From positions 248,001 to 308,011 of the forward strand of contig PNXV01005434.1 of assembly GCA_013239625.1 (NCBI GenBank): DNA of 60,011 nt, given 5' to 3'. A model generated the notes under the pieces. It saw nothing but the letters and a program-made list of their open reading frames with translations. It was not told the DNA's origin and made no database searches. Each line of letters opens with the position of its first letter. Within the stretch, counting starts at the first letter, position 1. This document shows, piece after piece, positions 25,605-39,429 of this stretch. Position numbers and translations under genes: made by a program. This DNA comes from Lama guanicoe. Its lineage: Eukaryota.

Positions 25605-26205
25605 AATTCCTCAACAAGTTAAAAATAGAATTACCATGTAATGCAGCAATTCCACTTCTGAGTGTATACCAGAAAGGACTGAAAACAGTCTGGAAGACAT
25701 ATTTCTACACCCATGTTTATAGCAACATTATTTGCAGTAAATAAAACATGGAAGCAACCCAAGTGTCCATCCGTCAATGACTGGATAAGAAAAATGTGGC
25801 ATGCACACACACATACACATACACACAGGAATATTATTTGGCCTTAAAAAGGGAGGGAATTCTGCAATGTGCTACAGCAAGGATGAAACTTGAGGACATT
25901 ACACTAAGTGAAATGAGCTGGTCACAAAAAAACAAATACTTTATGATTCCATTCATATGAGATTAGAGTGATCAAAACTGTAAAGACAGAGTGTTATGGT
26001 GATTGCCAGGGGATTGAGGGAGGAAAGAATGGAGAATTCCTGTTTAACAGTATACAGTTACAGCTTTACAAGATAAAAAGAGTAATGGGGATGGATGGTG
26101 GTGATAGTTGTACAATGTGAGTGTATCTAATGTCATTGAACTGTACTCTTAAAAATTGTTAAGATAATAAATTTTATGTTATGTCTGTTTTACTATACAC
26201 ATGAA
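25605..26205 (+). mobile_element. L1MA/MB-type 3' end nested in an older antisense L1MC-type fragment (about 25555-26255)
   Basis: AAAAATAGAATTACCATG...CAATTCCACTTCTG...GGAAGCAACCCAAGTGTCCATC. The host sequence TTTTAGAGCAAC...AAAATTGAACAGAAGG resumes as GATATCCCATATACC. Degenerate TSD AAAATTGAACAGAAGGC / AAAAATGAGTGAAAGGC. Confidence 0.75.
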
Positions 26206-29026
26206 AAATGAGTGAAAGGCTCCAAGATATCCCATATACCTCCTAGCCCCATATTTGCATTTTACCTTATTTTTTAAATGTAGTTGATTACAACAAATAT
26301 TTTTCTAATGCTAAATCATACATGGTCGTGCATGATATATTGATTTTTATAAGCTTGATAATTAGATTTGCTAATATTTTAAATTTAAAATCAAAACAGT
26401 CCTGAAATATTTATTTTTGAAATACATTTTCAGTTTGAAATTATCTTAGTTTGGTAGATGGAAAGTTTTCCTCTTTTTTGTGATTTCTTAAATAACATAC
26501 ACAGGAGAGTAATTACAGCTCTCAAGAAGTAGATTACACTTTAAGGTATAATTTGAAAGTTATATCTTAAATTCTCTGGCAAACTTTTCTCGTAGTGTGT
26601 ATATTCCCAACTTCTGTTTAAATTTATTAGTCTGTTTTGTACACACTTTAAAATACTATATCGTCTCTAAATGTTCAATTTTGAATCCTAAAATAACTCA
26701 TTATACTCTTCAGTATTTTTAAATAACTTTTTTACATGCCAAGTCTCAATTTTTTTATTTCTGTTTTCCGTTGAATACTTTCTTAGGTTTTGTCTATTTT
26801 AAGACTCCCTTTAAATAAAGTTTCATTTTCAGAGAATTCCTAATATGTTTTCCATTACATTATTGTCTTATTTTTTATTCTGTTTTCTTCGTTCAACCTG
26901 AAATTAGTTATTATAATTCTTGCATTAAGTGATTAGTATACTAATCCATAAACATGTTTTTGTTTGCAATATATGCATTTAATGTTATAGATTTATTAAA
27001 CATCACTTAACCATATCCCTAAACTTTTAAGTTTCTTGTTGTTTTCCATTCTTTACCTTTTGTGATTTTTGTTATTATTTTATATTTGATCCAGTCATCA
27101 TTTTGAATTATTGCTAAATCCAAATATATGCATTTCTTTTTTTCTTTTATGGTTATTAATGTTGTTTTTTATTTTGCTTTATGGTATCTATTATATTTAT
27201 TTTTTCTTCTCACTTCTGATTAGAACTTGCCTGATATACATACTTCTATGCTTAAAATGTAATCTTATTTTTTGCATATGGGTTTAAATATAAATTATTT
27301 GGTACAAAATTGTTAATAGTGCTGTCAAATCTATATAATTATTATATTATTTTTATAATTATACTATATATAATATATATAATTACTATATAATTTTTGT
27401 TTATATGTTCAAGAAATATATTTCAAGAAATATATTTTAAACATTTTTACCACAACATTGAATTTGTAATTCTCTACTTGAATTTCTTTCAGGGTAAAAT
27501 TTTGTGTTAAGGTTCAGGTAAGTCACAGATATTTTATTATCCTATTAATGGTTCCTTTCATCATTGTATAATTATCTTTTCTAATTGAATTGATGCTTTA
27601 TAAGTATTTGATATTGATATTATTAAATTGTTTTGCCTCAGTAGGAATACCTGATTTATTCTATTCATTTTTTTTCAAATTTTGTATTTTAAGTGTTTTT
27701 AAAATAGATACTAAATAGTTTTTAAAAATTTATTCTGAGAATTCCTATTTTAATCAACAATATAATTATTGTGTTTACAGATATGTATGAATTGTCTTTT
27801 TCGTGTTTTCGGATACTCGTGATTTTATTTACTCGATTTTGACTTTAGTAAAATATTCTTTATTTCTTCTCTTTATTTTTTGGAATGATTATTTCTGCCC
27901 CCACTCCCACCATCATTCCTTTACATTTTTAACATACTTAACTGTCAGTAGCTCTAAGCTCCTCATGAATAATACAAAAATCATGGACATGTAAACTGCT
28001 TAATCCTCCTTCAATGTTTACTCATTTAAATATATATATATACTGAGTGCCTATTAAGTGTCAAGTTCTCAGGATAAACTGGTGGCATAAATGGAAAATC
28101 TAACATGCTTGGTTTCTTTGGGAGATATGTATATTGACAATGATTTAGGCATTGGTATGTATCTTTGTTCCTTCTTTGGACAGTTAGAAGCAATATTTCT
28201 AATTGCACTTTTTTGTAAGGTTGAAGCTATTTCATTGCTAAGTTGATGAAGTAATCTCATTATCAGTACCCAATACATCATGTTCAAGAACATTTTCCTG
28301 GTCAGGTTTGGGTGTTAAAATGCAAACCCATAGACACCACAGCTTTTGTTTTATACAGTATCCCTCTAGGTTACTATGACAGCTTAATCATTTTAGAAGT
28401 CAAGATTAAATTTATTTCTTGGCTTTACACAAACACTACCATTTCACACATCAATTTCCGGACTATAAAATAGATATACTATCTGACCTCAGATATTTTA
28501 ATACAAATTAAATGATATTTCGGTGTACTTCATGAATTCTAAAGTCCTTGAATAGGACTTTATATATATATAGAAAAATATATTCTATAATCTGTTACCT
28601 AAAATGACTGCATGCATAAAAACCACTACTCTGAGTCTATACATTTGGTCTCTAAAGAAAACAACCCATTAGCAAACTCAAACTTAAGAACCAGGCTGTG
28701 ATATCAAATAGCTCTCTTCTTGTCCAGTTCCATGACTTACAAGATGGAAGATAATGATCAAGGCCTTAATTTTCTCTCATGTCCTTCTCCTTTAATATGA
28801 CCACCTTATGGAGTTCTTGAGATGATTAACTGAGTTACCAAACAGAAGTGTTATCACAGTTCCTATTTCATTAGAAATGTCCAACAAATGTTAGTGCTGC
28901 GATGAGAGTAATAAAGATGATGGTTTCCCCTACTTTCAATATCATTAATCTGGATACTCCTTTTCCACCACTGTCAGTGAGTTTATTAAGAATAGTAACC
29001 TTGAATATTTTTCCTCTTAGTGAAGG

Positions 29027-29992
29027 ATGCTCCAGGGTCTCAGAAACTCCAACAGCTCAAAGTTTCAAGTCTCTGAGTTTATCTTGATGGGGTTCCCAGG
29101 CATTCACAGCTGGCAACACTGGCTCTCCCTGCCCCTGGCTCTGCTCTACCTTTTAGCTCTCAGCGCCAACATCCTTATCCTGATCATCATCTATCAGGAG
29201 GCAACACTGCATCAGCCTATGTACCATTTCCTAGGCATCCTGGCTGTGGTAGACATGGGCCTCACTACAACCATCATGCCCAAGATACTAGCCATCTTAT
29301 GGTTCAGTGCTAAGGCCATCAGTCTCCCTGAGTGCTTTGTGCAGATGTATGTCATACATTGTTTTGTGGGCATGGAGTCAGGCATCTTTGTCTGCATGGC
29401 TATAGATAGATATGTAGCCATTTGTCGACCACTACATTATCCATCAATAATCACTGAATCTTTTGTGGTCAAATCAACTGTGTTCATGGTGCTCAGAAAC
29501 AGCTTGTCTACCACCCTGGTGCCTGTGCTGGCTGCTCAGAGACACTACTGCTCCCACAACCAAATTGAGCACTGTCTGTGCTCTAATCTTGGAGTCACTA
29601 GCCTATCCTGCGATGATCGGACAATTAACAGCATCTACCAGCTAGTTCTGGCCTGGACACTCATGGGAAGTGACTTGGGTGTCATCGTTTTATCATATGC
29701 TTTGATACTTCACTCTGTGCTGAAGCTGAACTCAGCAGAAGCTGCATCAAAAGCTCTAAGTACCTGCACTTCCCACCTCATCCTAATCCTTTTCTTCTAC
29801 ACAGTCATCATTGTCCTTTCCATCACGCATACTGTAAGAATGACTATTCCCCTCATCCCAGTTCTACTCAATGTACTGCATAATGTCATTCCTCCCGCTC
29901 TCAACCCCATGGTCTATGCCCTCAAGAACAAGGAGCTCAGACAGGGCTTCTATAAGGTTCTTAAGCTAAATATCAAGGACAACAATGCATAG
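29027..29992 (+). CDS. OR56B2: Olfactory receptor family 56 subfamily B (OR56B2-like), intact, 321 aa
   Basis: [74 protein letters not shown]-glycosylation sequon NSS. Acceptor TTCCTCTTAG ends at 29020, 6 nt before the ATG. Confidence 0.9.
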   Translation: MLQGLRNSNSSKFQVSEFILMGFPGIHSWQHWLSLPLALLYLLALSANILILIIIYQEATLHQPMYHFLGILAVVDMGLTTTIMPKILAILWFSAKAISLPECFVQMYVIHCFVGMESGIFVCMAIDRYVAICRPLHYPSIITESFVVKSTVFMVLRNSLSTTLVPVLAAQRHYCSHNQIEHCLCSNLGVTSLSCDDRTINSIYQLVLAWTLMGSDLGVIVLSYALILHSVLKLNSAEAASKALSTCTSHLILILFFYTVIIVLSITHTVRMTIPLIPVLLNVLHNVIPPALNPMVYALKNKELRQGFYKVLKLNIKDNNA

Positions 29993-32900
29993 AGGATGCT
30001 CACTTCTCTAATTTCTCCAGATAGCTACCCAGTGCAATATCCAACGAGTGCTTAATGGGAGAAGAATTAAGGAAAGGGGGCACTGCACATCTTTTCAGTT
30101 ATTGTAATGAGTCCGTGGCAACAACTGAAACTTAAAAAGAAAAAAGCAAAGCAGGTAACAGGCATATTTGAAATCATTGGTTTCAAGCAAGAATCCTCAT
30201 CAAGAAGAGTAACATTATGATGTTTATTGTGTCATGGGATGCAAGGGAAAAGTAAGTGACATATGCTACCTGGATTTCCTCAGACCTCTCTTTTTGTTTC
30301 ACTTATCTTTCATATGTCTCCTTGCATTCTTTTTACTTATCTACTTTTTAGTTTACAAGAAAGAAACTACTGATTATGAAAATCAATCATATTTATTAGT
30401 TCAAAACATTTCTGAATCAATTGGAATAATTTTTTCCTCTGTTACAAATGCTCAGCAAGCATTCTCATTTTCTGGGTTTGGTTTGGGAAATCCTTTCTGG
30501 AATAATTAATCATTATCCAAGAGCCTTATCTTCCATGCATCACTCAATAAAGGGCAGAAATAATGTCCTTGGATATCAGCAAAACAATAGTTAAAAGTCA
30601 TGAGAATAGTACATTTTTAAGGGACCATCAAAACATTGCAATTTGAAATGTCTAGGAGAAAACTTGAATATTAACAGAAAGAGATGTCTTTAATCTTTGT
30701 AAAACCTTAAAAGTTAAATATGATTAGAGCATCTTCATATTTTCTTATTTTGAACTCAGGGCTTCTAGGATTATTAAGCTACTTTGGGGCTTGTGTACTT
30801 TGTAAGGTGACTCCCTAAGGTTCCATTTTGATAAATTGGGAAAGGATGAAAGGGCAGTTTCCAGAAAGAGGAGGAATATTACTGGCAACAACGAACAAAA
30901 CATTCAATGTAATGTATATTGGTGTGGGGATACACTCTCATAATTTTCAATGTGTATAAAAATATATAGCCAGCATTACAAATGAAATGTGCCAGGGCTT
31001 TTTTCATATTGCCAATATCATAGTTACACAATTCTTAAAACGTTTTTCAAGGATTATAACCAAAAGACTATGTCATGTTCAAGATAATTTTTGGTCATTT
31101 TTAAGCCTTTTATTCTTCCATCCCAGACTGCTCGCGTTTTTCAAGCAGGCTTCATCTACTTAAAGTCATCCTCTCTCTTCAGTCAAACTTCTCTAAGTCA
31201 TCTTAGAGCCAACACAAATATTTCTTAATTTACTATCTATTGTTTATTTATTTACCCTGTCATTCACTTAACCACTCAATTGACATAGATTGCAGAAATG
31301 CAGGTGGTAAAATAGGAAAAAAAAAATAGAAATTCGTGGAAATAGGGCCAAGCTAAATATGAACAAGAAAATATCATCTAATTACAAAACTCAGAAACAG
31401 AAATTCATACCATGCTTCTTGAAATTGCCACAACTGGGATTCAAGTTTTCCTTCAACCACTTTGGTGATGAAAAAAGAAGAATTCAAAAATTATAAATTT
31501 TATAAAAAGCTGACTCAAAACTAGTTGTTCTGAAAAGGCCCCTGAAACTGAGCTGGGAGAAGTGTTATTTTACAAAAGTCCTAATCAACATAACACATCG
31601 TTGTAATTTATGGCATTCCCAACAGCATCTTCCATAATGAAAATAATTGATGTTTCTAGTTGTTTCTTTTGTGTACCTCATAAGACCAAGGAAATAGTAA
31701 GAAATGAAGATTCAGTAAAAACAGCTTTGTAAGGATACAACATTGACATCTTTGTGGTCCTGGTCTAAAGATCTCTATCATTCTTCCTAATTTATAGTTG
31801 TAAAATTGCAAATACACAGATGCATGCAAGGATTGGATTTCCTTCAGTTAACCCTTCATTAATATTACAACTATCTGGACTTTTTAAAATGTATTCAAAG
31901 TTATCAATACTAGAAGGAATTATGAGTACAGCTAGTATAATATGTTGTTAATCAAGTGATAATTTATGGTTTTTGTTAATCAACTAATTAAATGATAGAT
32001 ATAGGCTTGACCTAATAAAAGCCAGAAGATCTCTCACTTGCATCATCAGAGAACCTTCCTAATTCTCACAATACAGCAGTTCATCTCTTAGTGTATGTGC
32101 CTGTTATCCATCTGTCTGCCCCTCCAGACCAAATATCCCATGAAAATGTTAATAACTTATTCATGTCTCTACCAATAGTATTTTAGCATAATGCCAGGTA
32201 GGTACTATAAGTTCTAAATGAATACTTTTAATTGAGCTAATCGATTTTCTTCACTTTAAATATTGCAGTCATTAATTTATAATTTATATCACAATTAACA
32301 TAGTACCTAGCTCACTGTGAGGTTTTTAGACATGTAGCTTCTCCAGAGGATACAAGTACTGTGGAAGAATTCTGAGACGTACAAGAGTATATTTAAGAGA
32401 TCCACTGAATCTCACATGACCATCTGGGGAAGTTTCAAGTCTACTTCTAGGTCTCATCTGATTCGTATAAAGCTGTAGAATCATGTATAACTTCAGAGAG
32501 AGGAACTACAATGAGCTAGGGCCTGTATCTGTAAGTCAAAACCATAGGCTGATATAAGCAATTTACTGTGTTTTAACATGCTATGGATCTTAGGGTAGTG
32601 GATACAAAAAAAAAAATATATATATATATATATTTCTTACACTGGATGTCTCAATAGAAGTCAAGAGGAGGATTTAAAATATAACTCAATAAAATCAATT
32701 CCTGAAGCTTTAAGTAGTGTATGTCTGTTACGATGTATTTCATTTTCTAATTCAAGAATAAAATAAAACACAGCTATTCTCTTCAGGCAAGTTTGTCATT
32801 AATAGTATTCATTTTATTTGAACTCTTGTTAAAGGTTTGAATTCATTCAGTAGCAACAAGCTAGGGGTCAATAGATCTTCATTCTTCTTGAAAATTCATC

Positions 32901-33178
32901 CATATTGCTTGTGATAGTAAGGATGAATTATATATCTTACTTGGATTAAATAGAAATAAAGCCTTCATCTGCATTGATGAAAAAAACTAAGATATGTCTC
33001 TAAAATGACCTTTAAAAACTGTATGATAAGCATATTTACATGACTCCCTTCACCTCTAGATTTGAACCTTTCCTTGATAGAAACTGTAAAATATTCAGAG
33101 ATGTAAAGTCAGCACATTCTGTAATGCCAAGCACCTTTTCAATGTATTATATTTTTGATTAATAGAGTAAGTTTTCAC

Positions 33179-33360
33179 ACACAAGGACCTACTATATAGC
33201 ACAGAGAACTATATTCAATATCTTGTAATAGCTTATGTTGGAAAAGAGTCTGAAAAAATATATCTGTAATATGAATAATTGAATCACTTTGCTGTACACC
33301 TGAAACTAGCATAACATTGAAAATCAACTATAATTCAATAAAAATAGATGAACAAATAAA
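33179..33360 (+). mobile_element. Cetartiodactyl-type L1 3' end fragment with near-perfect TSD
   Basis: ACAAGGACCTACTATATAGCACAG...GCTGTACACCTGAAACT...AATAAAA. TSD AGA(G/A)TAAGTTTTCAC at 33164-33178 and 33361-33375, one mismatch. Confidence 0.8.
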
Positions 33361-34919
33361 AGAATAAGTTTTCACTGTAAATTTATGCCACAATTAGTTC
33401 ATTGCCTGCCTCATTACTGCAATCAGCTAAAATTTTTGAGCCACAAATATTATATTACCTTAAAAATCAAACATTGCTACTTTGTTTTAATTAATATTTT
33501 AATTGAGGTATAACAAACACACAGAAGAAAATACAAGTCATGACTACACAGCTTGATGAATTATTTATCATGAAAAGAACACAAACCAGGACAGAAATGT
33601 GTTCCCCAGCTGAATTGCTCCACTCATACCCCTTCCCAGTCAGTAACCACTCACTTGAATTCTATCAACATCAATTAGTTTTTCCTGCTTTTGAACTTTA
33701 TATAAATACCATCTTGTTATTAATCAAGCAGGAATTATATGTTATTTATATTATATTATATGTTATATGTTATATTTTATGTTAATTCCTACTGCAATGA
33801 ATGCTGTTATCCATAATTCCTAGAAGTCCTATGTGATTCTCGTATGTTTCATAGTTCTGTATTTTCTATTTTTTTCTTAGGAGTATTTTGGAGGAAAGTC
33901 GATGATTGAATCAAGATTTTCCAACTATTATTTGAACGATATAAATTTTTATGTTCATTTTTTTCCTTCACAACCAGTAGTTGTTTAAGATAAAGAAATA
34001 TATTGCACCAGTTGAAGACTTCGGCTCTGGGATACACAGACCAAGTGTCATCCTAACTTGGCCTCCTATTGTCTGTATGACTAAAACAATTAGTCAAACT
34101 CTGACATTCTTCACTAAAATGTGGATAATAATGTTACCTTTTATCCAAACTGTAAGTATTAGTACATAGTATCAATAAATAAACACTGTGATTACTAAAT
34201 GTGTGATTACTGTACTTCAGATACCTACCCCATACTGCAGGACAGCCCCGCAACCCCTACAGAATATCATTTGTGAGTTAGTGCCTTAGTTGCATTTTTA
34301 AGACATTAATAAAACACCTTTTAAAACCCTTTTACTGGGATGTCTCAGAGTTTTACATGGTCTGCAGAGTTTTGCAGCAAGTACTAAATTCAATTTAATT
34401 GGACTGCAAGTGTGTTTCTAGTGTTTTCCTGGAAGGCATAGACAATCTTAACCAAATATCAATGTTAACATAATAAACTAACAGCATATGCCTTTAGTGT
34501 GATGCACTGAGAATGACAAAATAGGTAATACATATTTGAAAAATGTACAATCTAAATCTAATCATAAATAATATTCAGACAAATCTGAGTGCAATTCTAT
34601 GAAAAAACTTCAAAAATATCAATTTTATAAAATTAGAAGAAATTCAGTTCAATTCAGTTTTAAAAGACTAGAAGTGGTAGTTAAGAATAATTTATAATCT
34701 TGGCTTGGGAAACAAAAATTTACCATGTAGAATATTATGGGGAAGATTGAAAGGATTTGTATAAAAACTGTATATCAGTTAAAATTTTTACATGAATTTT
34801 TAAGTCTATAAATTTGACATTGTACTGAACAAGAGAGAGAGAAACAGAGAAGAGAGACACAGCAAGATAATTTCAGTGACTGCATTTAACAAATGAAATA
34901 CAAACTCCAAAATATTAGA

Positions 34920-35825
34920 AAAAATAGAAAAATTGACAGAAGACTTAGACACTTCACAAAAGAGAATAAATAGCAAACAGTCACATGAAATGTTGCATAG
35001 TATCAGTCAATAGGGAAATGCAAATTAAAACCACCAGACAACACTAAATACACTGAATATTTAAAATTAAAAGAACTGACAATATCAATTTTTAGCATGA
35101 TGTGAAGCAACTAAAACTTTCATATATTGTTGGTGAGGGTGTAAATTGACAGAAAAATTTTGGAAAACTGTTTTGCAGTACTTATTAAAGATAAATATAC
35201 ACTATTCTATGACCCACAAATTACACTTCCAGAAATATTCCCCAAAGATATGAGTATTTATATCTACCAAATGATATATACATAAATGTTCAAGATAGTG
35301 CCAAAAATGTCCCCAAATTGAAAACAAGGCCCATCAATGGCAGGATGAAAAAATGTATATATATTATAGATAAGTAGGTAGGTAGATAGGACCTTTATAT
35401 ATAAATATATACATATATATCATATAAAATTAAATATTTGTATTATATAATATTTGTATATTTATTATGTTATAGTTATTAAACATATATAAAGTATCAT
35501 AATACTACACAGGAATTAAAAAGAATTAAGTGCTGCTATACAAGGCAATATATGAATCTTACAAATTTACTACTGAATGAGAGAAGCTAGATATAAAAGT
35601 GTATCCTGTTAATTTCTGTTATATAAAGTTTTTAAAAAGACACAAGGAAATCTATGGTGCTGAGATAAAAATTGTGGTTATCTTTGGGGGCCATGTGAAA
35701 GCTTCTCGGTGGATGGAGATATTCTGAACTTGGGTCTAGGTGTTGGTAACACAGGTATACTTAAAATTTGTGCACTGTACTCTCTGTGCACTGTATGCTC
35801 TGTAAGATATAACTCAATTTAAAGA
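34920..35825 (+). mobile_element. Old L1ME-type ORF2 end and 3'UTR
   Basis: AGACACTTCACAAAAGAG...AGGGAAATGCAAATTAAAACCAC...TTTGGAAAACTG. Confidence 0.75.
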
Positions 35826-35895
35826 AGAGGAGTAAAAGAAAGATCTCATGGAAATGGTTGATATTATTGCAGAATTTTTTCCCAATATATTAGAT

Positions 35896-36750
35896 CAATG
35901 TTTCTCAAAATTGTTAGTCTTACTATCCAATTTACTCTATTAAATTTACTTAAATCTTAGAGAGCTTTTGTTTAACTGGTGCATATCTACAAATATTGAC
36001 TGTGTTCAAAATTAAAATAAAAATTTTAAAGTATTAGTTAATTTAAAATTATAATGTCTATTTTACATACATACACATTTTTATGAAAAATAACTTTTTA
36101 TAAGCAAACAAAAAATAGTCAGAAGTAACATTATTTTAAATTTTGCAAGTATTTTAACATCTGAGTTAATAGAAAACACCTAGATTCTATCTGCTTCTGC
36201 ATGCAAGCTGTTGAACTATGTTGTTTCATTTAATACTTATGAAGAAAATATGACCCCACATAGATATATAGTTGGAAGAAGGGGAAGTCTTTCATAATTT
36301 TTTGGTTAATTGTGGACATTCTTCTTTGATACTACATCCAAAATTGACAGCATATAGTCTCTTAAAGATTAGTTGCAATGTAAAACCTGAAACCACATGA
36401 TAATCTGTTGCATTAAAACTGTTGATAATCTGTTGCATTAAAATACATTGGTCTATCTTGCATTGAAATTAGTCTTCACATACGCATCATTCTGTAACAT
36501 CCAACATTTGTCAACTGGAAATATTGGCTCACTGAGTTATGCAGATCTTTCAAATGTTGACATAGTTTATTTTTACAATAGTAATCACACACCATATGGA
36601 CTCTAGAAAATCCCTTGGTATATTAGTAAAAGCATGAAACTGAAAAAGGCAAATAACACCTTAATATTACTATGAAAATTGTTGGGACTTCATGGACTCT
36701 CCCAAATAGTCTTGAAGTTCTCAGGGATCCATGTATAACAAACACTTCAA
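35896..36750. mobile_element. hAT-Charlie (Charlie1-like) DNA transposon remnant
   Basis: Starts CAATGTTTCTCAAA. Internal AGAGCTTTTGTTT, TCTGCTTCTGCAT and GGCTCACTGAGTTATGCAGATCTT match Charlie1 as recalled. Confidence 0.7.
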
Positions 36751-37577
36751 CATGTGTCGCATTTGATGTTCCAGAGGTAAAAGTGGAGGGAACAAGATAG
36801 ATGACTGATGATCAGTGAACCAGGGAGAAGGTATTATTGAACTGAGAGATTACAAGGGAAAAACTATATCCAAAATGTTTTCACACATCTGGTAGTTGTG
36901 AGCATTATTTACACGGTGTCCGTGAGTATTCTAAATAAGTAGTTTTATGCAATAGTGAAAACTCTCTGATATCAGTAAATAACTGAGGAATAATAAATCA
37001 ATATTCAGAAACAGCATAGGTGTTTTGACTCATCTATTGCATTTGTTATTTTTTGAGGGCTAACCTATACATTACACATATTCTTTACTTCTTGAGTAAA
37101 TTGGTCTGCATCGCTTTTTATAATATGATGTTTACTGAGTGGTATTCTTTTAAAATCCATGACTTCCATTTTTTATCTGTATATTATCATCATAGTTCAT
37201 AAACTGAATTTTGGCATCAAAGACTGCCAAGCCTGGGAAATATCCTGAAAAGCCATTTCATTTCTCATCTATGGGAAAGATTACATAGGCAAGACTCTTA
37301 AGAACTCTCAAAAGGTTAAGAAAATATCTTACATGGATATATTAGAGGAAATCTGTAGCAAGTCAGTATCAATGACTTGGTTAAAACTGGTCATGGAGAA
37401 AAAATTAGAGAAAGCACTGGAATATAAATCCAGAATTCTCTCTACATTTTCCCACTATAGTTGCAAAAAACATAAATAAATTGTGGAAAAGGCATGATAT
37501 CACATGTGAGTGATTGTGTGATATCATACATACGTTTCTTCTTTGTTGTTTTTCATTCATCTTTCTTCTATCTAATT

Positions 37578-38542
37578 TCAGTTGTCCTGAATACTTTCAC
37601 CTTTCTCACCCTGGAAGAGCTTTATGACATTGTCTCGAATCTGTTTTGTCTTTACTCCATAAACAATGGATTCAGAGTTGGGGGAAGAAGCAGATAAAGA
37701 TTAGCCACAATGATGTGAAGAGAAGTGGGAATGGTGTGTCCTCCGAAACGATGTGTAAAGAAAGTAAAGAATGCTGGAACATAGGTGATAATGATGGCAG
37801 ATATATGGGCAGTGCAGGTGCTGAAGGCCTTCTGCCGAGTGTCTGCTGATGAGAGGCTAACCACTGTCCGGAGGATCATAGTGTAAGACACAGATACACA
37901 GCAGATGTCAAACACTCCAATCAGGAGGGCAACCATCAGACCATAGATGACATTGACCTTGATACTGGCACAAGATAACTTCACCACTGACATGTGGTCA
38001 CAATATGTATGGGAGACAATATTGCTTTGGCAGAAGGGCAAACGCTTGACCAAAAATGGAAAAGGAATCATCAGCAACACACCCCTCAGGAAAGTGGCAA
38101 GCCCAGCTTTGGCAATGATAGGGTTAGTGAGTATGGTAGCATAACGTAATGGATAGCAAATGGCCAGATAGCAGTCCAGGGCCATAAGCATGAGCACACC
38201 AGACTCCACACCTGTGAACCCATGGACAAAGAACATCTGGGCTAAGCAAGCATTGAAATTAATTTCCTTGAGATTGAACCAGAAGATGCAGAGGGCATTG
38301 GGTAGAGTAGTGGTGCAGGTAAAGAGGTCAATGAGGGAAAGAATTGCCAGAAAAAAGTACATTGGATGATGTAAGGACTCCTCATGATGAATGAGGTACA
38401 CAAGGCCAAGGTTTCCCACGAGGGAGATGATGTACATTGTGCAGAGTGGGAGGGAGATCCATATATGTGCTCTTTCCAGACCAGGAACTCCATTAAGAAT
38501 AAAAGATTTGGGGGTCATATATGAATTGTTGGAAACCAGCAT
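37578..38542 (-). pseudogene. OR52N5: OR52N5-like olfactory receptor with a late frameshift in TM7
   Basis: The 296-aa ORF ends PPTLNPLFME*. One base is missing at about 37667/37668. The alternative frame continues IVYGVKTKQIRDNVIKLFQGEKGESIQDN* to the stop at 37580-37578 (321 aa restored). The DRY motif reads DCY. Acceptor TTCTTCTCAG on the minus strand ends at 38585. Confidence 0.87.
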
Positions 38543-38809
38543 AACCAGTTCAACAGAGAAACTATTTCTCCATAAGTCTCTATCCTGAGAAGAAACTAAA
38601 AAAATAGAAATCTAATTCAGATCATCCTTGAGAATGCAGACTTAAATCTGGAATAAAATTATATTTATAATAGAACCAACAATTGTTAATAATAGAGACT
38701 AGGAAAATGCACAGCTTATTGAATAATAGTATATTATAGGTATTTTTTTTTAATTTTATAAACAATCTAAATATAATTTTAAAGCCATAATTACAAAGTT
38801 GTAGTTTCT

Positions 38810-38950
38810 GTTTTGTCATCAGATAGAAGAAGAAACTGAGGCACAGGAAGACTGAATAATGTTGAATGTCACAAAGCTAGATTCAGAGACAGAAATGATA
38901 TTCATATATGACTCTAACATTCATGCAATGTCTTTACTCTGCATCCTGGT
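38810..38950 (-). mobile_element. MIR SINE remnant
   Basis: Core GAAGAAACTGAGGCACAGG...GTCACAAAGCTAG. Other MIR-like pieces near 20750-20880, 28690-28900, 34010-34180, 39100-39230 and 40390-40550. Confidence 0.6.
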
Positions 38951-39429
38951 TTGACAGAGTACATAGCTTATGACAGCAAGTTATAATTGTATGAAAGAAA
39001 TAGCACAGAATTTATTTATTACATTAATTTTGTGTGGCAAAATATAAGGCAAAAGTATGGTTATTTACACAAAATAAGATCTTATTCAAATTTCAGTTCT
39101 TTCTATACCAATTGTATGACTTCACTCTTAAAGTTTCAGTGTCCATCTATAATGCAAGGCTAGTGACACCTACCTCAAGGAGTTCTGAAAAAATAATCAG
39201 AAATGTATTTTACTCCTCGACTAGTATCTGGCGGATTGAATACACTAATTCAAAATGCAAGTGTGGATGTTAAATGGATATGAGATATAAGGATAGTGGC
39301 CACGAGGGTCAATCTAACTTGATTGTTCCATGAAAAAGAAAAAGAAAAAATCTCCCTTTCTCAAATACCCTATAATCCTTCAAGGTCATTAAGGTAATCT
39401 ATTTCCTTTCTATGTCTTCTGTTTTCACA

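Noticed and set aside
26300..27900. Long, extremely T-rich stretch
   Set aside because: Most likely a highly decayed antisense L1; no family or structure I can support.
36409..36443. Direct repeat GATAATCTGTTGCATTAAAA x2; similar two-copy repeats near 39540-39592 and 24299-24350
   Set aside because: Two-copy local slippage duplications; no spacer array, and the DNA is eukaryotic, so not CRISPR-like.
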